Of a DNA stretch of 64,000 nucleotides, positions 1-10,445 are shown one piece after another. Below the pieces are notes generated by a model. That model made no database searches, had not been told where the DNA came from, and was given only the letters and a program-made list of their open reading frames with translations. Positions within the stretch are counted from its first letter, which is position 1, and each line of letters begins with the position of its first letter. Position numbers and translations under genes: made by a program. Source of the stretch: Fibrobacterales bacterium (GTDB lineage: Bacteria; Fibrobacterota; Fibrobacteria; Fibrobacterales; JAOPTW01); contig JAOPTW010000027.1 in assembly GCA_051532035.1 (NCBI GenBank), positions 1 to 64,000 of the forward strand, in the 5' to 3' direction.

Positions 1-108
1 AGCAAAAAAAAATCTTTTTTGTAATTTTCTTCAAAATTAGGCTCCACAACAAACTAAAACAACCATAATAGCCCACAACCGGGCCCCTTATTTGGTAGTT
101 CACTGAAT

Positions 109-984
109 TTAACCTCGTTTTGTATTGTGTTTTTTTAGGTAGTCCAATGACATTTCTGAATATTTTTCTCTTAGTAAACGTGTAATTGGTCCATTTGTAC
201 CAAAACTATACCCCTCAATTGTGCAGATAGGTACCACTCCCCGAACTGAACTTGTAAGAAATGATTCTTCGGCCCGCTCAAGGAACGTTGGGTGTATGTG
301 TTTTTCCGATATAGGAACATCAAGTTCTTTTGCTGCTTTTAAAATTTGCTGCCTTGTGATACCAGGCAAAATATCTGCATCAAGGGGCGGCGTATAGAGA
401 ATTCCACCTGCAACACAAAAAAATGATGACGTTGTCATTTCAGCAATCTCACCCTTCTCGCTGAGAAAAATCCCTTCATAAGCGCCTTTTTTATCAGCTT
501 CATGTTTTGCCATAATATTCGCTAAATAATTTGTTGTCTTGATATGCCCATCAATACCAGATGCTGAGGAGCGCTTGACAGACGTTATTGCCACAGCCAC
601 ACCATCAGTATAGAGCGATTCATTGAGCCATGTAATGGGTGACGCCGTCACTATTACTGTTGGGCAAATTGCCGGATCGATACTAAGCCCCGGTGATACC
701 CCCCGAGTGATCGTAATGCGAACCGCCGCCTCTGATAATTGACTTTTATCACAGAGTTGCCCTATGAGAGATTCAAAAAAAGATTCATCATAAGGCAGTT
801 CAATCAATAGTTTTTTGGCCGATGACTCTAGGCGATTCCAATGGTCAGAAAAAAATTCCGGCACCCCATCTATCGCCTTTACCGTTTCAAATAAACCATC
901 GCCAAGAATTAAACCACGATCAAAAATCGAAACCGTTGCTTTACTTGCCTCTACTATTTCACCATTTACAAACGCATAATTCAT
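109..984 (-). CDS. Class IV PLP aminotransferase / 4-amino-4-deoxychorismate lyase (PabC/IlvE family)
   Basis: Motifs DRGLILGDGLFET, IKTTNY (PLP Lys) and ILPGITR. Likely start MNYAF at 984. Lies downstream of a PabB-like gene. Confidence 0.85.
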   Translation of the reverse strand: MNYAFVNGEIVEASKATVSIFDRGLILGDGLFETVKAIDGVPEFFSDHWNRLESSAKKLLIELPYDESFFESLIGQLCDKSQLSEAAVRITITRGVSPGLSIDPAICPTVIVTASPITWLNESLYTDGVAVAITSVKRSSASGIDGHIKTTNYLANIMAKHEADKKGAYEGIFLSEKGEIAEMTTSSFFCVAGGILYTPPLDADILPGITRQQILKAAKELDVPISEKHIHPTFLERAEESFLTSSVRGVVPICTIEGYSFGTNGPITRLLREKYSEMSLDYLKKHNTKRG

Positions 985-1272
985 AGTAATAAATGGTAAC
1001 AAACAAATAGTGCATCTGCAAACAAATTGCACTTTTCACTCAATATTTATTCATAGAAATTCACCTTAATACCAGTCTTTTAATTGACCTTACAACACAA
1101 ATTCTCAACGATACCAAAAACACTAGAACACTATTCACTCAACTAAATAATTCCTTAAAACGTATATGAAAATACTCAATCAAACTCGATAGGTAAAAAC
1201 ATGGTAGGGTAAGGAAAAAAGGTGAGGTAGCTTTGAAATTCGTCGAGTATTTTTGACGAAACAATACTGAAT

Positions 1273-2580
1273 TTACCTCTGCCGAGTCAGCATTTTCATC
1301 CAAGATGCGGCCTTATGCATTGTCTCTTCGTATTCGTGTTCTGGGATGCTATCAGCAACGATACCAGCGCCAAAATGCATCTCACCCATACCCTTCTGTA
1401 CGAGAAGCGTTCGAATTAAAATGTTTGTTTCCGCACTCCCACTATGATCAAAAAAACCGAGTGAACCGGTATAAAATTTTCGGTCAGCATTTTCAAGTGC
1501 ATCTATTATTTCGATTGATCGAATTTTAGGGGCGCCAGTTATCGTACCCCCAGGAAAGAGGTGCTGCAACATCTCTGCTGAAGAGACATCTGGCTTTGCA
1601 ACCCCAGTGACTGTCGAAACAATATGCATCACATCTTTATACAGTTCACAATCCATAAATTTTTCAACAAGAACAGAACCTATTTCACAAAAGCGACCCA
1701 GGTCATTTCTCTCGAGATCAACAAGCATAAGATGCTCGGCCTGTTCTTTTTCTGAAATAAAGAGTTCCTTCTTGAGGGCCTCTTCATCCTCAGCATCTTC
1801 ACCTCTTCTTCGAGTGCCCGCGATAGGCTTTGTAGTAACCTTTCGTCCAGATACGCCATACAACAATTCTGGTGAGTTACTTACCACCGTAAATTCAGGA
1901 GTAAAGTAATAAGAATTATAAGGTGAAGGGTTTTGGGTCCGGATCTTACTAAAAAGGTCAAGGGGAGATCCTGTAAAATCAAAGTGAATTGGATGTGCTA
2001 GATTTGCCTGAAAAACATCGCCTGCATGTATATACTCAACAGTCTCTTCTACATATTTTTCATATACTTTTTTACCGGCAGATTGTTTGAAATTGTCAGC
2101 AGTCCACCCATGATCACTCTCATAAGCCACTCTCCACGACTCTTCAAACTCACCATGATCCACATCTGTATCATTATAGGTTGAGCAATAAAAACACTCT
2201 TCTGTATGATCATAAATAAAGATGCGATCATACAAACCAATATGATAATCTGGCGTTGTGGAATGATATTCTTTTTTCCGTGGATAGGATTCAAATTCAG
2301 CGCAGAGATTGTATCCTATAAGACCCACAACACCTGATTCAAATGCATATTTTTGACTATGATCAGTCGCTTTTTTAACAAGAAGTTTATCTATTTTATC
2401 ATAGATTTTTTGGTCACTTTCATTAGCTTTTCCTTCAAGTATTCTTGATGGATTATAACCAAAATAAGTCACTCCTGCCCCCCCCCAATTATCAAAATAA
2501 AACCCATTCTTTTCATGCTGACTCATTCGCTGAAAGAGTTTCCATGGATCATTTATTTGAGGATTTATTGTATGAAGCAT
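1273..2580 (-). CDS. Anthranilate synthase component I family / aminodeoxychorismate synthase PabB-like
   Basis: Chorismate-binding motifs YIHAGDVFQANL, SPELL, PIAGT, EHLMLVDLERNDLGR, FPGGTITGAPKIRS and GAGIVADS. Confidence 0.85.
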   Translation of the reverse strand: MLHTINPQINDPWKLFQRMSQHEKNGFYFDNWGGAGVTYFGYNPSRILEGKANESDQKIYDKIDKLLVKKATDHSQKYAFESGVVGLIGYNLCAEFESYPRKKEYHSTTPDYHIGLYDRIFIYDHTEECFYCSTYNDTDVDHGEFEESWRVAYESDHGWTADNFKQSAGKKVYEKYVEETVEYIHAGDVFQANLAHPIHFDFTGSPLDLFSKIRTQNPSPYNSYYFTPEFTVVSNSPELLYGVSGRKVTTKPIAGTRRRGEDAEDEEALKKELFISEKEQAEHLMLVDLERNDLGRFCEIGSVLVEKFMDCELYKDVMHIVSTVTGVAKPDVSSAEMLQHLFPGGTITGAPKIRSIEIIDALENADRKFYTGSLGFFDHSGSAETNILIRTLLVQKGMGEMHFGAGIVADSIPEHEYEETMHKAASWMKMLTRQR

Positions 2581-2619
2581 GCTCTAAAAATAACAAAAAA
2601 ATGATGATTTTGGTTGAGG

Positions 2620-5600
2620 CTATTTACTCGACTTTCTTAAAGGGTGTGTATGGGAAATATCTATCGACGGATCTTTGGGAATATCTATATGAAATCCAAA
2701 TTCGAGACGCGTTGGCTGAAATGATGTAGGGAGACCTATATTGATAGTCGATAGGGTCGAGCCATCGGGCAAAAGAGGGTCAAGAGCCTTAGAATAGCGT
2801 GCATACAACTGGAAGGGGTAGTGATAAAAGAGCTTTTGTGTAAAGCGTGCCCCGAAACCCCATGACCGATAAAAATCCTTATATTCGCCCTCTGTGGCGT
2901 AATTATAGTATTTTCCATCCCAGGCCTTCCCTGTCTGAAAAAATGTGTCAACATAGAGGTCCTTTAGATGTACAATCCAAAAACTTTTATGGATGTCCTT
3001 TATAAGGGCCCATTGATGCTCGACTGAAAAGAAGAGTGTGTTTTCGCCGAGAAGAGTAAGATCTTCTTCAGTAGTGTAGGGATACCCACTTACCGCAACC
3101 CCTTGCTTATAAAAATTATCGAGCCCGATAGTAGTGTCACTATCGGGTTTTTGAAACTGCCAATCCAACAGTGCACTCGTGGATGCAGTTGCTACAATTC
3201 GAGAATCTTTTAAAAAGGGGTTTGGGAGAGAAACAAATCCATTAAGCCCAGTTTCTATCAACTGATAGTTGCTCATCTTTTGCTGTTTTACATTACTTTC
3301 GGTGACGGTAAATGAATTGCTAAAATCACCACCCGGCCTAAAGAGTTCAGAATTGGTATAACTAAATCCACCTGACAACCCAATGCCAGAAGCGGTAAGC
3401 CCTTCTGCATCAATACTTGGAGCCGTCGCAAGGTAACCCATCTGTAAAGAGTAAACCCATTGATTATTAAACTCCCAAATACCGCCCACATCTTTATAAA
3501 AATTGAAGGTCGACCACGAATACCCACTCCCCAACTGCAAAAAGTCTCCTTCTTTAAAGAGGGAGTAGCGTGCAGATCCAGTAAATGCATTCTGTTTTAC
3601 CGCATAAGGAGAATGATTGAGCTGAGTAATACCACCACCCGCCTCGACCGTAACAGTATCAATGTATTCACGATTGCTTTGCATTGCTGCGAGGTCAAGG
3701 GTTACAGGGAATGAGCGATTCGTCCATTGAAGCATCATATCGGCATTCACTTCGGGATTGATCCCATAATCAAGACTGACAGGATTTGCCAGTTTACCCA
3801 CCTGCATAAAGAGTAGAGCCATGAACTCGTTTTTTCCCAACGGATCATTTATCAGAGCACTCAGGCCTAATTTATGGACACGCTCCGTTTTACTGGCGTC
3901 TATATTTTTGGGAGACTCCTCATAAAAATAGAGAGGGGAGATAATAGTTCTACGAGGAAGAGATGAGTATTCAAATTGCTTCCCTTTAAAGTTTTTTGGC
4001 AGTGCAATACTTTTAACAGAACGACTCTGCATTGTTTCTTCATGACTCAAAGAATCATGTGTATTGAGCTGCACCTTCGACACAGGGATACCATGTAGAG
4101 AAAAACCATTAATGTCGTACTGCGTATACCATAGTGACTGAGAGCTTTGATTCACTGCCGGAGTAAATGCACCACCGAGAACATTGGTTAGCTTTGCATA
4201 CCTTTTACTGAAAATATTATAGGCGTATACATTAAAAATTGCGGGGCCATCGTTGCCACCGATCACACTATTAGCACTGACAATCAGAGTTGAGTCGTTG
4301 AGCCAAATGGGATCCCTTACATCTGATGCAGATATAGTTACACTCTCAATTTGAGCCCCTTTTTTATCAAGAACAATTACGGTACGCTTATCACCTCTGT
4401 AGACACCCAGAGCAATTTTTGATGCATCAGGCGACATTTGAGGAGTATAGAGATTAAACCCGCCCCTCTTTTGCTCTTCAACCCCCTTGCTACTCCCTTG
4501 AAATGAATAGATAGTAGCGGGATCATGTATAGGTCGGAACAGGCTATCAAGCTGAATGGACTTTAACGAAAATGAGGTTGAAGCGAGATCCCTTGCAATA
4601 TAGAGCACACTCGATCCATCGGGAGAAAATGTTGGGTTAATAGCATTTTGTAACCACGTAACTTCTCTATCACCGGTATCTTCGCACTCTTGCGACCCAT
4701 GGCAGGTAATGCGAATATCAAAAAATCGGACACCGTCACGATCACGATTTTTTACACTCACATAAGCAATATAATCAATTGAATCTTGGCTATAGACTGA
4801 AAATCCCTTACTCCATATTGGATCCTCAACCGACATTTCTAGTTCTTTTACTTTGAGCACTGAATCATAATCACGCTCAATCACTCCATCTTTAAGTGAA
4901 TCCTGTGGTATGTAAAGCAATGTACCTCGAAAAGAAGTTTCACTCTCACCAGCAACAACATAGAGATCCCCATCTTTTGTGACCTTTGGGTGATCGTAAT
5001 ATATTCGATCAGTAGTATAGGCCTCTCCTTCTATCTCTTCACCAATGAGGTCGGCTTGCATTTGTGCACGCTTGAGCTCGAAGTCAATCCAATCACTATA
5101 GAGCCTCTCTTGGTCGACCCCGAGTACTTTTTGTAGCGTTGCAGAAAATGATGCCCGATACCATGTTCCATTCTCGCCCCATAATCTTGGGATAGCGGCA
5201 TCACCATAGCGCTGCGCAATATACCTTACTAAAGAAAACCCTTGAGTATACGGCCCTTGCTCCACTTCTAAGCCATGGGTGGTAAAACTATTCATTTTTT
5301 CGATGGGGAGCACTTTTTTATTGAGAGATGCAACCCGCATAATCATATCACGATGAGAATCCCACGAATCAAAGCCCATGCGCTCAGACTCATACTGTGC
5401 CGTTCCCTCTGCAAACCAATGCGGCTGAATAAAGTTTGGGAGTACCATACTCACATTTTTCTGAACTCTCTTATCATAATAATCCGTTGCGAGAAGATGC
5501 CCCGTATAGATAGAGGGCACAGTTTTTACACCTGACTGTATAGATATAATGTGAGCAAATTCATGGGTAACAACATCTGAAAGCCAATTATGGGTTGACC

Positions 5601-5934
5601 TTAATTTAATACCCCAGTCCGTTAACCAAATGTTGATATGGGATTGTAAAAAATTGGCGCTCCCATTTGAGTACAGCGCATTGTTGAGAGTAAAATCCAT
5701 TCGACTTGGATTATAAGAAGGATATCGCACCGATATCGAGTCATACATCTCTTCTGCTATACCTGCAGCCTGCTCTGCATAATCAACGAGATACGCTTCA
5801 TAATGAAAATCGAAATGACTCGTCCTCGAGGAACGCCACTTTTTGTGAGATTCATTTCCAAAATAGGGGAGTGCATAGCCAATAGAAACATGAACAGAAA
5901 CGAGAAACGAGAGTAGCATAATATATTTAGTCAT
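2620..5934 (-). CDS. Exported multidomain protein: gluzincin (MA-clan) peptidase, TolB/PD40-like propeller and putative Omp85-like beta-barrel
   Basis: Signal peptide from MTKYIMLL (5934). HEFAH and WFAEG zinc motifs. PTFSPDG and PQMSPDA propeller repeats. Amphipathic beta-rich C-terminus. Confidence 0.7.
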   Translation of the reverse strand: MTKYIMLLSFLVSVHVSIGYALPYFGNESHKKWRSSRTSHFDFHYEAYLVDYAEQAAGIAEEMYDSISVRYPSYNPSRMDFTLNNALYSNGSANFLQSHINIWLTDWGIKLRSTHNWLSDVVTHEFAHIISIQSGVKTVPSIYTGHLLATDYYDKRVQKNVSMVLPNFIQPHWFAEGTAQYESERMGFDSWDSHRDMIMRVASLNKKVLPIEKMNSFTTHGLEVEQGPYTQGFSLVRYIAQRYGDAAIPRLWGENGTWYRASFSATLQKVLGVDQERLYSDWIDFELKRAQMQADLIGEEIEGEAYTTDRIYYDHPKVTKDGDLYVVAGESETSFRGTLLYIPQDSLKDGVIERDYDSVLKVKELEMSVEDPIWSKGFSVYSQDSIDYIAYVSVKNRDRDGVRFFDIRITCHGSQECEDTGDREVTWLQNAINPTFSPDGSSVLYIARDLASTSFSLKSIQLDSLFRPIHDPATIYSFQGSSKGVEEQKRGGFNLYTPQMSPDASKIALGVYRGDKRTVIVLDKKGAQIESVTISASDVRDPIWLNDSTLIVSANSVIGGNDGPAIFNVYAYNIFSKRYAKLTNVLGGAFTPAVNQSSQSLWYTQYDINGFSLHGIPVSKVQLNTHDSLSHEETMQSRSVKSIALPKNFKGKQFEYSSLPRRTIISPLYFYEESPKNIDASKTERVHKLGLSALINDPLGKNEFMALLFMQVGKLANPVSLDYGINPEVNADMMLQWTNRSFPVTLDLAAMQSNREYIDTVTVEAGGGITQLNHSPYAVKQNAFTGSARYSLFKEGDFLQLGSGYSWSTFNFYKDVGGIWEFNNQWVYSLQMGYLATAPSIDAEGLTASGIGLSGGFSYTNSELFRPGGDFSNSFTVTESNVKQQKMSNYQLIETGLNGFVSLPNPFLKDSRIVATASTSALLDWQFQKPDSDTTIGLDNFYKQGVAVSGYPYTTEEDLTLLGENTLFFSVEHQWALIKDIHKSFWIVHLKDLYVDTFFQTGKAWDGKYYNYATEGEYKDFYRSWGFGARFTQKLFYHYPFQLYARYSKALDPLLPDGSTLSTINIGLPTSFQPTRLEFGFHIDIPKDPSIDISHTHPLRKSSK

Positions 5935-6132
5935 ATTGAGTAAAATAGAAAAATCAGGGTTCAAGAGGAGGAATAAACAAGGCTCATATCGCTCCACTCA
6001 CCAAAGGACTCCATCAATAGAATGCTCAAATACACTCTGCAGAAAAGCTCATTAGAACGCCCCTGACCCAAGCTTCTCATAAGCACCGAAGGTAAAATGG
6101 CTATATTCTTCAGAAGAACTTCGTGAGGTACC

Positions 6133-7176
6133 ATGTTTCAGCAAATCATTACCCCTAACAACTCATCACTCTATTATTCTGGTCGATTTGATTTTTCTGA
6201 CCACACAAAAGCTGTACATTCCTGGCCAGGCAGTTCAATTATTATAAGCTTTAAAGGAGAAGGAGTATCTGCTCTCTTAAAAAGCTATTGTACAAGGAGC
6301 GATAGGCCAACCGGTAACTATTACTCAGTCATTGTTGATGGCTCGGTAGTAAACACCATTAGATCTTCAGTTCATAAAAAAGAGGTGCTCCTCATAGAGG
6401 GACTCACTGACTCGGAACACACATTAGAACTTTTTCGTCGAACCGAATCATTTTCTGGACCGACAGATTTTTTAGGATTCACCCTCTTTTCAAGTACTTC
6501 ACACCCAGAAATATTGGTCCACCCTGAACCTCAACGACGTATTGAATTTTATGGTGATTCAATAACCTGTGGCTATGGAAACGAAGGATCTGGAACCGCC
6601 TACTCTGCACAACACTCAAATAATTACATGGCCTACCCCGCTATTGCCTGCCGTCTACTCAACGCAGATTATCGAGCAATTGCCTTTTCTGGCGAAGGGG
6701 TCTTTCGACGTCACGATGGATCGACCGATTCTTCTTTACCTCAAATGCATCACAAAACATACTACCACTCTGACTCACACTGGAACCATGGAGACTGGAA
6801 ACCAAACTGTGTCTGTATTAACCTTGGAACCAATGACTTTATCCCGGGCACCCCCGATACTCAAGAGTTTATCAATCACTACATCGATTTTGTAACAAAG
6901 ATTGTCGGCCACTACCCCACCACCCCTATCATCCTAATTTTTGGACCCGACTACACCAAATATGACAATAGTGGGCAACGAGAATCGGTACAAGAGGTTG
7001 TTTCACATTTTCAAGAACAGAAATTACCACTCTATTTTTTTGAATTCACCACACTACATGATGGACTTACTGGGATTTTTGATCACCCTAATGTTAAGCA
7101 ACACAACTCAGCTGCAGAAGAACTCAGCAATTACATTTCGAGAATTCTTGATTGGCCTCTATATACACATATCTAA
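6133..7176 (+). CDS. SGNH/GDSL hydrolase, CE2-like carbohydrate esterase
   Basis: RIEFYGDSITCGYG, NLGTND and DHP motifs. CE2-type N-terminal domain (YSGRF...SWPGS). Confidence 0.85.
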   Translation: MFQQIITPNNSSLYYSGRFDFSDHTKAVHSWPGSSIIISFKGEGVSALLKSYCTRSDRPTGNYYSVIVDGSVVNTIRSSVHKKEVLLIEGLTDSEHTLELFRRTESFSGPTDFLGFTLFSSTSHPEILVHPEPQRRIEFYGDSITCGYGNEGSGTAYSAQHSNNYMAYPAIACRLLNADYRAIAFSGEGVFRRHDGSTDSSLPQMHHKTYYHSDSHWNHGDWKPNCVCINLGTNDFIPGTPDTQEFINHYIDFVTKIVGHYPTTPIILIFGPDYTKYDNSGQRESVQEVVSHFQEQKLPLYFFEFTTLHDGLTGIFDHPNVKQHNSAAEELSNYISRILDWPLYTHI

Positions 7177-7201
7177 AACTCAATTTAATCGGTAGCCTGA
7201 C

Positions 7202-7930
7202 ATGAAAAATTCATTACACAGTGTTTATACTCATATTGAAAACATCTTACAGTCCAACTCCGTTCTTAAAGATAAAGATCAATTCGAACGATATCTTAAA
7301 AATGTCGTTACCTGCATGGGGATACGATCCCCTGCTATTGACGTACTCTTTAAACAGGAATATACTCTTACTCTCAAAACTCTTCCACAGAAAGACCAAA
7401 TAACATTAGGATGTTCTTTAATACAGAGTGACTATTTTGAGATGAAAAAATTCGGCATCCTTATACTCAATAAAAACATCAAACACATTTCAACTTCTGA
7501 GCTTAGTTCGTTTTCTAAACTTTTTAAAAACGACATTTATGACTGGGCCACGTGCGACACCTTCTCGAGTAAAGTTTTAACGCGCCTTATAAAAAAAGAC
7601 AACGCTTTTGTTCTGCCTATCTCTCAGTGGAAAAGTTCTCCACACCTATGGCAACAGCGCGCTTCTTGCATCGCCTTGGTCGGCCTTGGGCGCCATGGAA
7701 ATCATAATGAAATTATTCTTTCAATTTGTACAGAGGTCATAAAAAACAGTGAGCGCTTTGCTCAACTCGGTGTAGGCTGGGTACTCAGAGAGTTATCAGT
7801 AGCCAATACAGAGCTCGCCCTTACCTTTATTCAAAATCATTATTCTCAATTTTCGAGAGAGGGATTGCGGTATGCAATTGAAAAACTAGAACCATCCCTC
7901 CGAAAGAATATCCTCAAGGGCATATTTTAA
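7202..7930 (+). CDS. DNA alkylation repair protein (AlkD-like HEAT-repeat family)
   Basis: [22 protein letters not shown] and LRYAIEK motifs. Confidence 0.85.
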   Translation: MKNSLHSVYTHIENILQSNSVLKDKDQFERYLKNVVTCMGIRSPAIDVLFKQEYTLTLKTLPQKDQITLGCSLIQSDYFEMKKFGILILNKNIKHISTSELSSFSKLFKNDIYDWATCDTFSSKVLTRLIKKDNAFVLPISQWKSSPHLWQQRASCIALVGLGRHGNHNEIILSICTEVIKNSERFAQLGVGWVLRELSVANTELALTFIQNHYSQFSREGLRYAIEKLEPSLRKNILKGIF

Positions 7931-9015
7931 CAGCACAACAAAGTAATCTTCGCAACATCAAGCGGCGACTTAATCCCTCCTTGAGAAGAGTATAACACAT
8001 GGGTATAGATTTGAGTCGTTCTTATATCTTTATGACCAAGTAGTTCTTGAACTGTTCGAATATCATATCCAGCCTCTAACATATGCGTCGCAAAACTATG
8101 TCGAAAGGTGTGGATTGAGACCTTCTTATTAATACCTGTTTTTTTAACGGTGGTTGAAAGTTTCTTTTGGATCGTTGTTTCGTGTATATATGCGCGATAG
8201 GGAAAATCGACACCATCATGAATTTTAATCTCATCAGATGGAAACAACCATTGCCACTTAAACTCATAAGACGCCCCCTTAAATTTTCTCGCAAGAGCCT
8301 GTGGCAATACAGTTCTCCCATAACCACTGGCAACATCAGCATCATATATATCTCGAAGTGCATCAATATGCTTTTTTAATGGCACTCGTATAGCATCTGC
8401 AAGAACCGTATGTCTATCTTTGCCACCTTTACCTGAACGCACGATGATACAATTATTTTTAAAATCAATATCTTTGATTCTCAATTTTTGACACTCATTC
8501 AGTCGTAGCCCTGCACTATACAATAACGTCAGAAACAACTTCTTGCCTTCTTGCATTTCATCAATAATTGAAAACACTTCGTCACGAGTGAGTACCGTAG
8601 GAATTTTTGTATTTACTTTAGCACTAACAACCTCATGCATTGCCTCTTCCCAATTCATCTCTTTTAATCTCGAATCATCAAAATCACCACCCATGATAAG
8701 ACTCGCATCCGTTACCAATGAGGTTCGCTCAATCATTTTTTCATTATTCAGATGTTCACTATGATTTTGTATTACAAAGCTTAAGACATTATATGCGACC
8801 TTTAGTACATCACCATGTAGTCTCTTTCTCTCTTTCAGAAATATTACATAGCCCTTAATAGAATCGTCATCATGAAAATCAATCCTCCTTTTTATAGCAT
8901 AATCCAAATAGTACCTGACCCATTTTGAGTCATTTGATTCAAAACTTTCTAATACTCCATTTCGAACCATAGATTGCTTGAAAATGGCCAAAAAGGCCTT
9001 ATTTATATTTATCAC
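7927..9015 (-). CDS. intI: Integron integrase (tyrosine recombinase) with atypical N-terminus
   Basis: Catalytic [24 protein letters not shown] and YTH. Integron-specific insert [27 protein letters not shown] start with GAGG RBS. Divergent from a cassette. Confidence 0.9.
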   Translation of the reverse strand: MININKAFLAIFKQSMVRNGVLESFESNDSKWVRYYLDYAIKRRIDFHDDDSIKGYVIFLKERKRLHGDVLKVAYNVLSFVIQNHSEHLNNEKMIERTSLVTDASLIMGGDFDDSRLKEMNWEEAMHEVVSAKVNTKIPTVLTRDEVFSIIDEMQEGKKLFLTLLYSAGLRLNECQKLRIKDIDFKNNCIIVRSGKGGKDRHTVLADAIRVPLKKHIDALRDIYDADVASGYGRTVLPQALARKFKGASYEFKWQWLFPSDEIKIHDGVDFPYRAYIHETTIQKKLSTTVKKTGINKKVSIHTFRHSFATHMLEAGYDIRTVQELLGHKDIRTTQIYTHVLYSSQGGIKSPLDVAKITLLCC

Positions 9016-9187
9016 GTTATTATCCTCTCATCTGTATAATTAGCACCAACAATATCTCTATAAAGTAATCGAGATATTTGTAGTTGGTTTATCGCCTGTT
9101 TTTGCACATCTATCTCAATGGTTATTTGTTGTGCCAAGCTTTAGATATACGTTTAACGATTTTGATAAGGGAAATGTTACATGGGGT

Positions 9188-9216
9188 TTGGAATTTTTGT
9201 ATTTTCTGTATATTAT
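9188..9216 (+). promoter_or_regulatory. Candidate cassette promoter (Pc-like sigma70)
   Basis: TTGGAA-17 nt-TATTAT, ending 20 nt upstream of the putative attI core. Confidence 0.4.
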
Positions 9217-9235
9217 TGAGTTCTTAATAATATGA

Positions 9236-9242
9236 GTTAACC
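9236..9242 (+). mobile_element. attI: Putative attI / cassette-1 recombination core
   Basis: GTTAACC lies between intI and the first ORF and is the exact reverse complement of GGTTAAC at the end of that ORF. Confidence 0.6.
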
Positions 9243-9258
9243 CGAAGACACAACGCAT

Positions 9259-9471
9259 ATGTACAAAAAATATACATCCACTCATAAAGGGAATAATTTT
9301 ATTATCGAAGAAGATGTTCCAGAAGTTGGATGGTATTTGTATGTATATGAAAATGAAGTCTGCGTAAAAGATCACCTACAAGATTCATTAGAAATCGCAC
9401 AACACCAAGCATTTGAAGATTACGGCGTGCCAGTAGCCTCTTGGATTGAAGCATCTAGCATCATAGGTTAA
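9259..9471 (+). CDS. Integron gene cassette ORF, 70-aa hypothetical protein
   Basis: Starts 17 nt after the core site; its stop codon lies inside the inverse core GGTTAAC. Confidence 0.7.
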   Translation: MYKKYTSTHKGNNFIIEEDVPEVGWYLYVYENEVCVKDHLQDSLEIAQHQAFEDYGVPVASWIEASSIIG

Positions 9472-9560
9472 CAAATCGTTCTTTTAGACAGTTAAGTCAA
9501 CCGTTATGTTGAAATCAACACACCAATTAACAAACTGTATTAAAAACCAAGAACTTTATT
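9466..9560 (+). mobile_element. attC: Degenerate attC site
   Basis: R'' GGTTAAC, 5-nt spacer AAATC, L'' GTTCTTTT with extra C. ACAGTT (9488-9493) pairs with AACTGT (9533-9538). L' TAAAAAC and a 6-nt spacer follow, but the R' position reads CTTTATT instead of GTTRRRY. Confidence 0.6.
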
Positions 9561-9672
9561 CATTAATCGGTTCCACTATTAAATCGTATTTTTGAAAAAG
9601 AAAACGTGAGAAAAGACAAAAAAAAGACATTCAAAAAACAGCAGTTTAAGTCTACTTTGGAGATACCCTATA

Positions 9673-10020
9673 ATGAAAACTGAAATCACATACTTAATTG
9701 GATTCTTATATCATCAGCCAAGAACTATGAACCTTTTTAACGCAGGCATGCTCAATGAATATGAATCATCTTCTGGATTTTATGTTTCCGCATCAAGTAA
9801 AGAGAACGCTTTCGAATGGGGTGAAAAGGTTGCCGAAAAAATTTTCCAAGACTTAAACAATGACCCTACACTCACTTTGAAAAAGTCTGGATATCACGCA
9901 TGGGTCATTGATGTACCTGAGCAATCAAGCTGGAGAAATAAATTAGAGACCTTCCCAAAGATAGATATCGGCGAATTCCCTCATCTTGATTTCTTTGACG
10001 AAACCAAAGCCTCGGTCTAA
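9673..10020 (+). CDS. Hypothetical protein (possible former cassette gene)
   Basis: 115-aa ORF with GGAG RBS, same orientation as cassette 1; no clear attC. Confidence 0.65.
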   Translation: MKTEITYLIGFLYHQPRTMNLFNAGMLNEYESSSGFYVSASSKENAFEWGEKVAEKIFQDLNNDPTLTLKKSGYHAWVIDVPEQSSWRNKLETFPKIDIGEFPHLDFFDETKASV

Positions 10021-10120
10021 TATTTCCCCCACAGTTTTATACTACCCCTCATCTTTATACCCGATTAAAACCATCAATTTCTATCTTTCTCACTATCACC
10101 TACTACCTTAAGGTATCTAC

Positions 10121-10441
10121 ATGACATTTCCTGATGATGAAATTGGTTCTGTTCTCCAACAGATGAAAGAACACGGAGAAGATCTTTCTCAACCTGTTGA
10201 AAATTCATTTTTTATTCTTTTCGAAAAAAGGTCTGATCTTTTAAATTTTCTTGAATCACGAGAAGAACCAGAATGTTCTGAGACAATTTCTTGGGTTGAT
10301 GAAGCTTCAATGTGGGAACTCGCTATTGTTCAATCGATGATTCCTGAATATGATTCTATAAAAACCCTTTCAGATGAAATCGAATCATCTGCCTCGCTCT
10401 TCAATGGCGTCTCTGATGGCTGGACCTGCATTACCCATTAA
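10121..10441 (+). CDS. RraB-like domain protein
   Basis: Acidic 106 aa; FPDDEIGSVL..M...G.DLS.P....F at the start and C-terminal G.SDGW match the RraB-like pattern. Confidence 0.65.
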   Translation: MTFPDDEIGSVLQQMKEHGEDLSQPVENSFFILFEKRSDLLNFLESREEPECSETISWVDEASMWELAIVQSMIPEYDSIKTLSDEIESSASLFNGVSDGWTCITH

Positions 10442-10445
10442 AGGA

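Noticed and set aside
7927..9015. XerC/XerD or phage integrase call
   Set aside because: The integron-specific insert and adjacent att-like sites are present, and there are no phage genes.
9115..9375. 86-aa minus-strand ORF across attI
   Set aside because: AT-rich shadow overlapping the better-supported cassette ORF; no recognisable motif.
10014..10120. attC after the 115-aa ORF
   Set aside because: GTCTAAT is an imperfect R'', and no L boxes, stem or GTTRRRY are found at a fitting distance.
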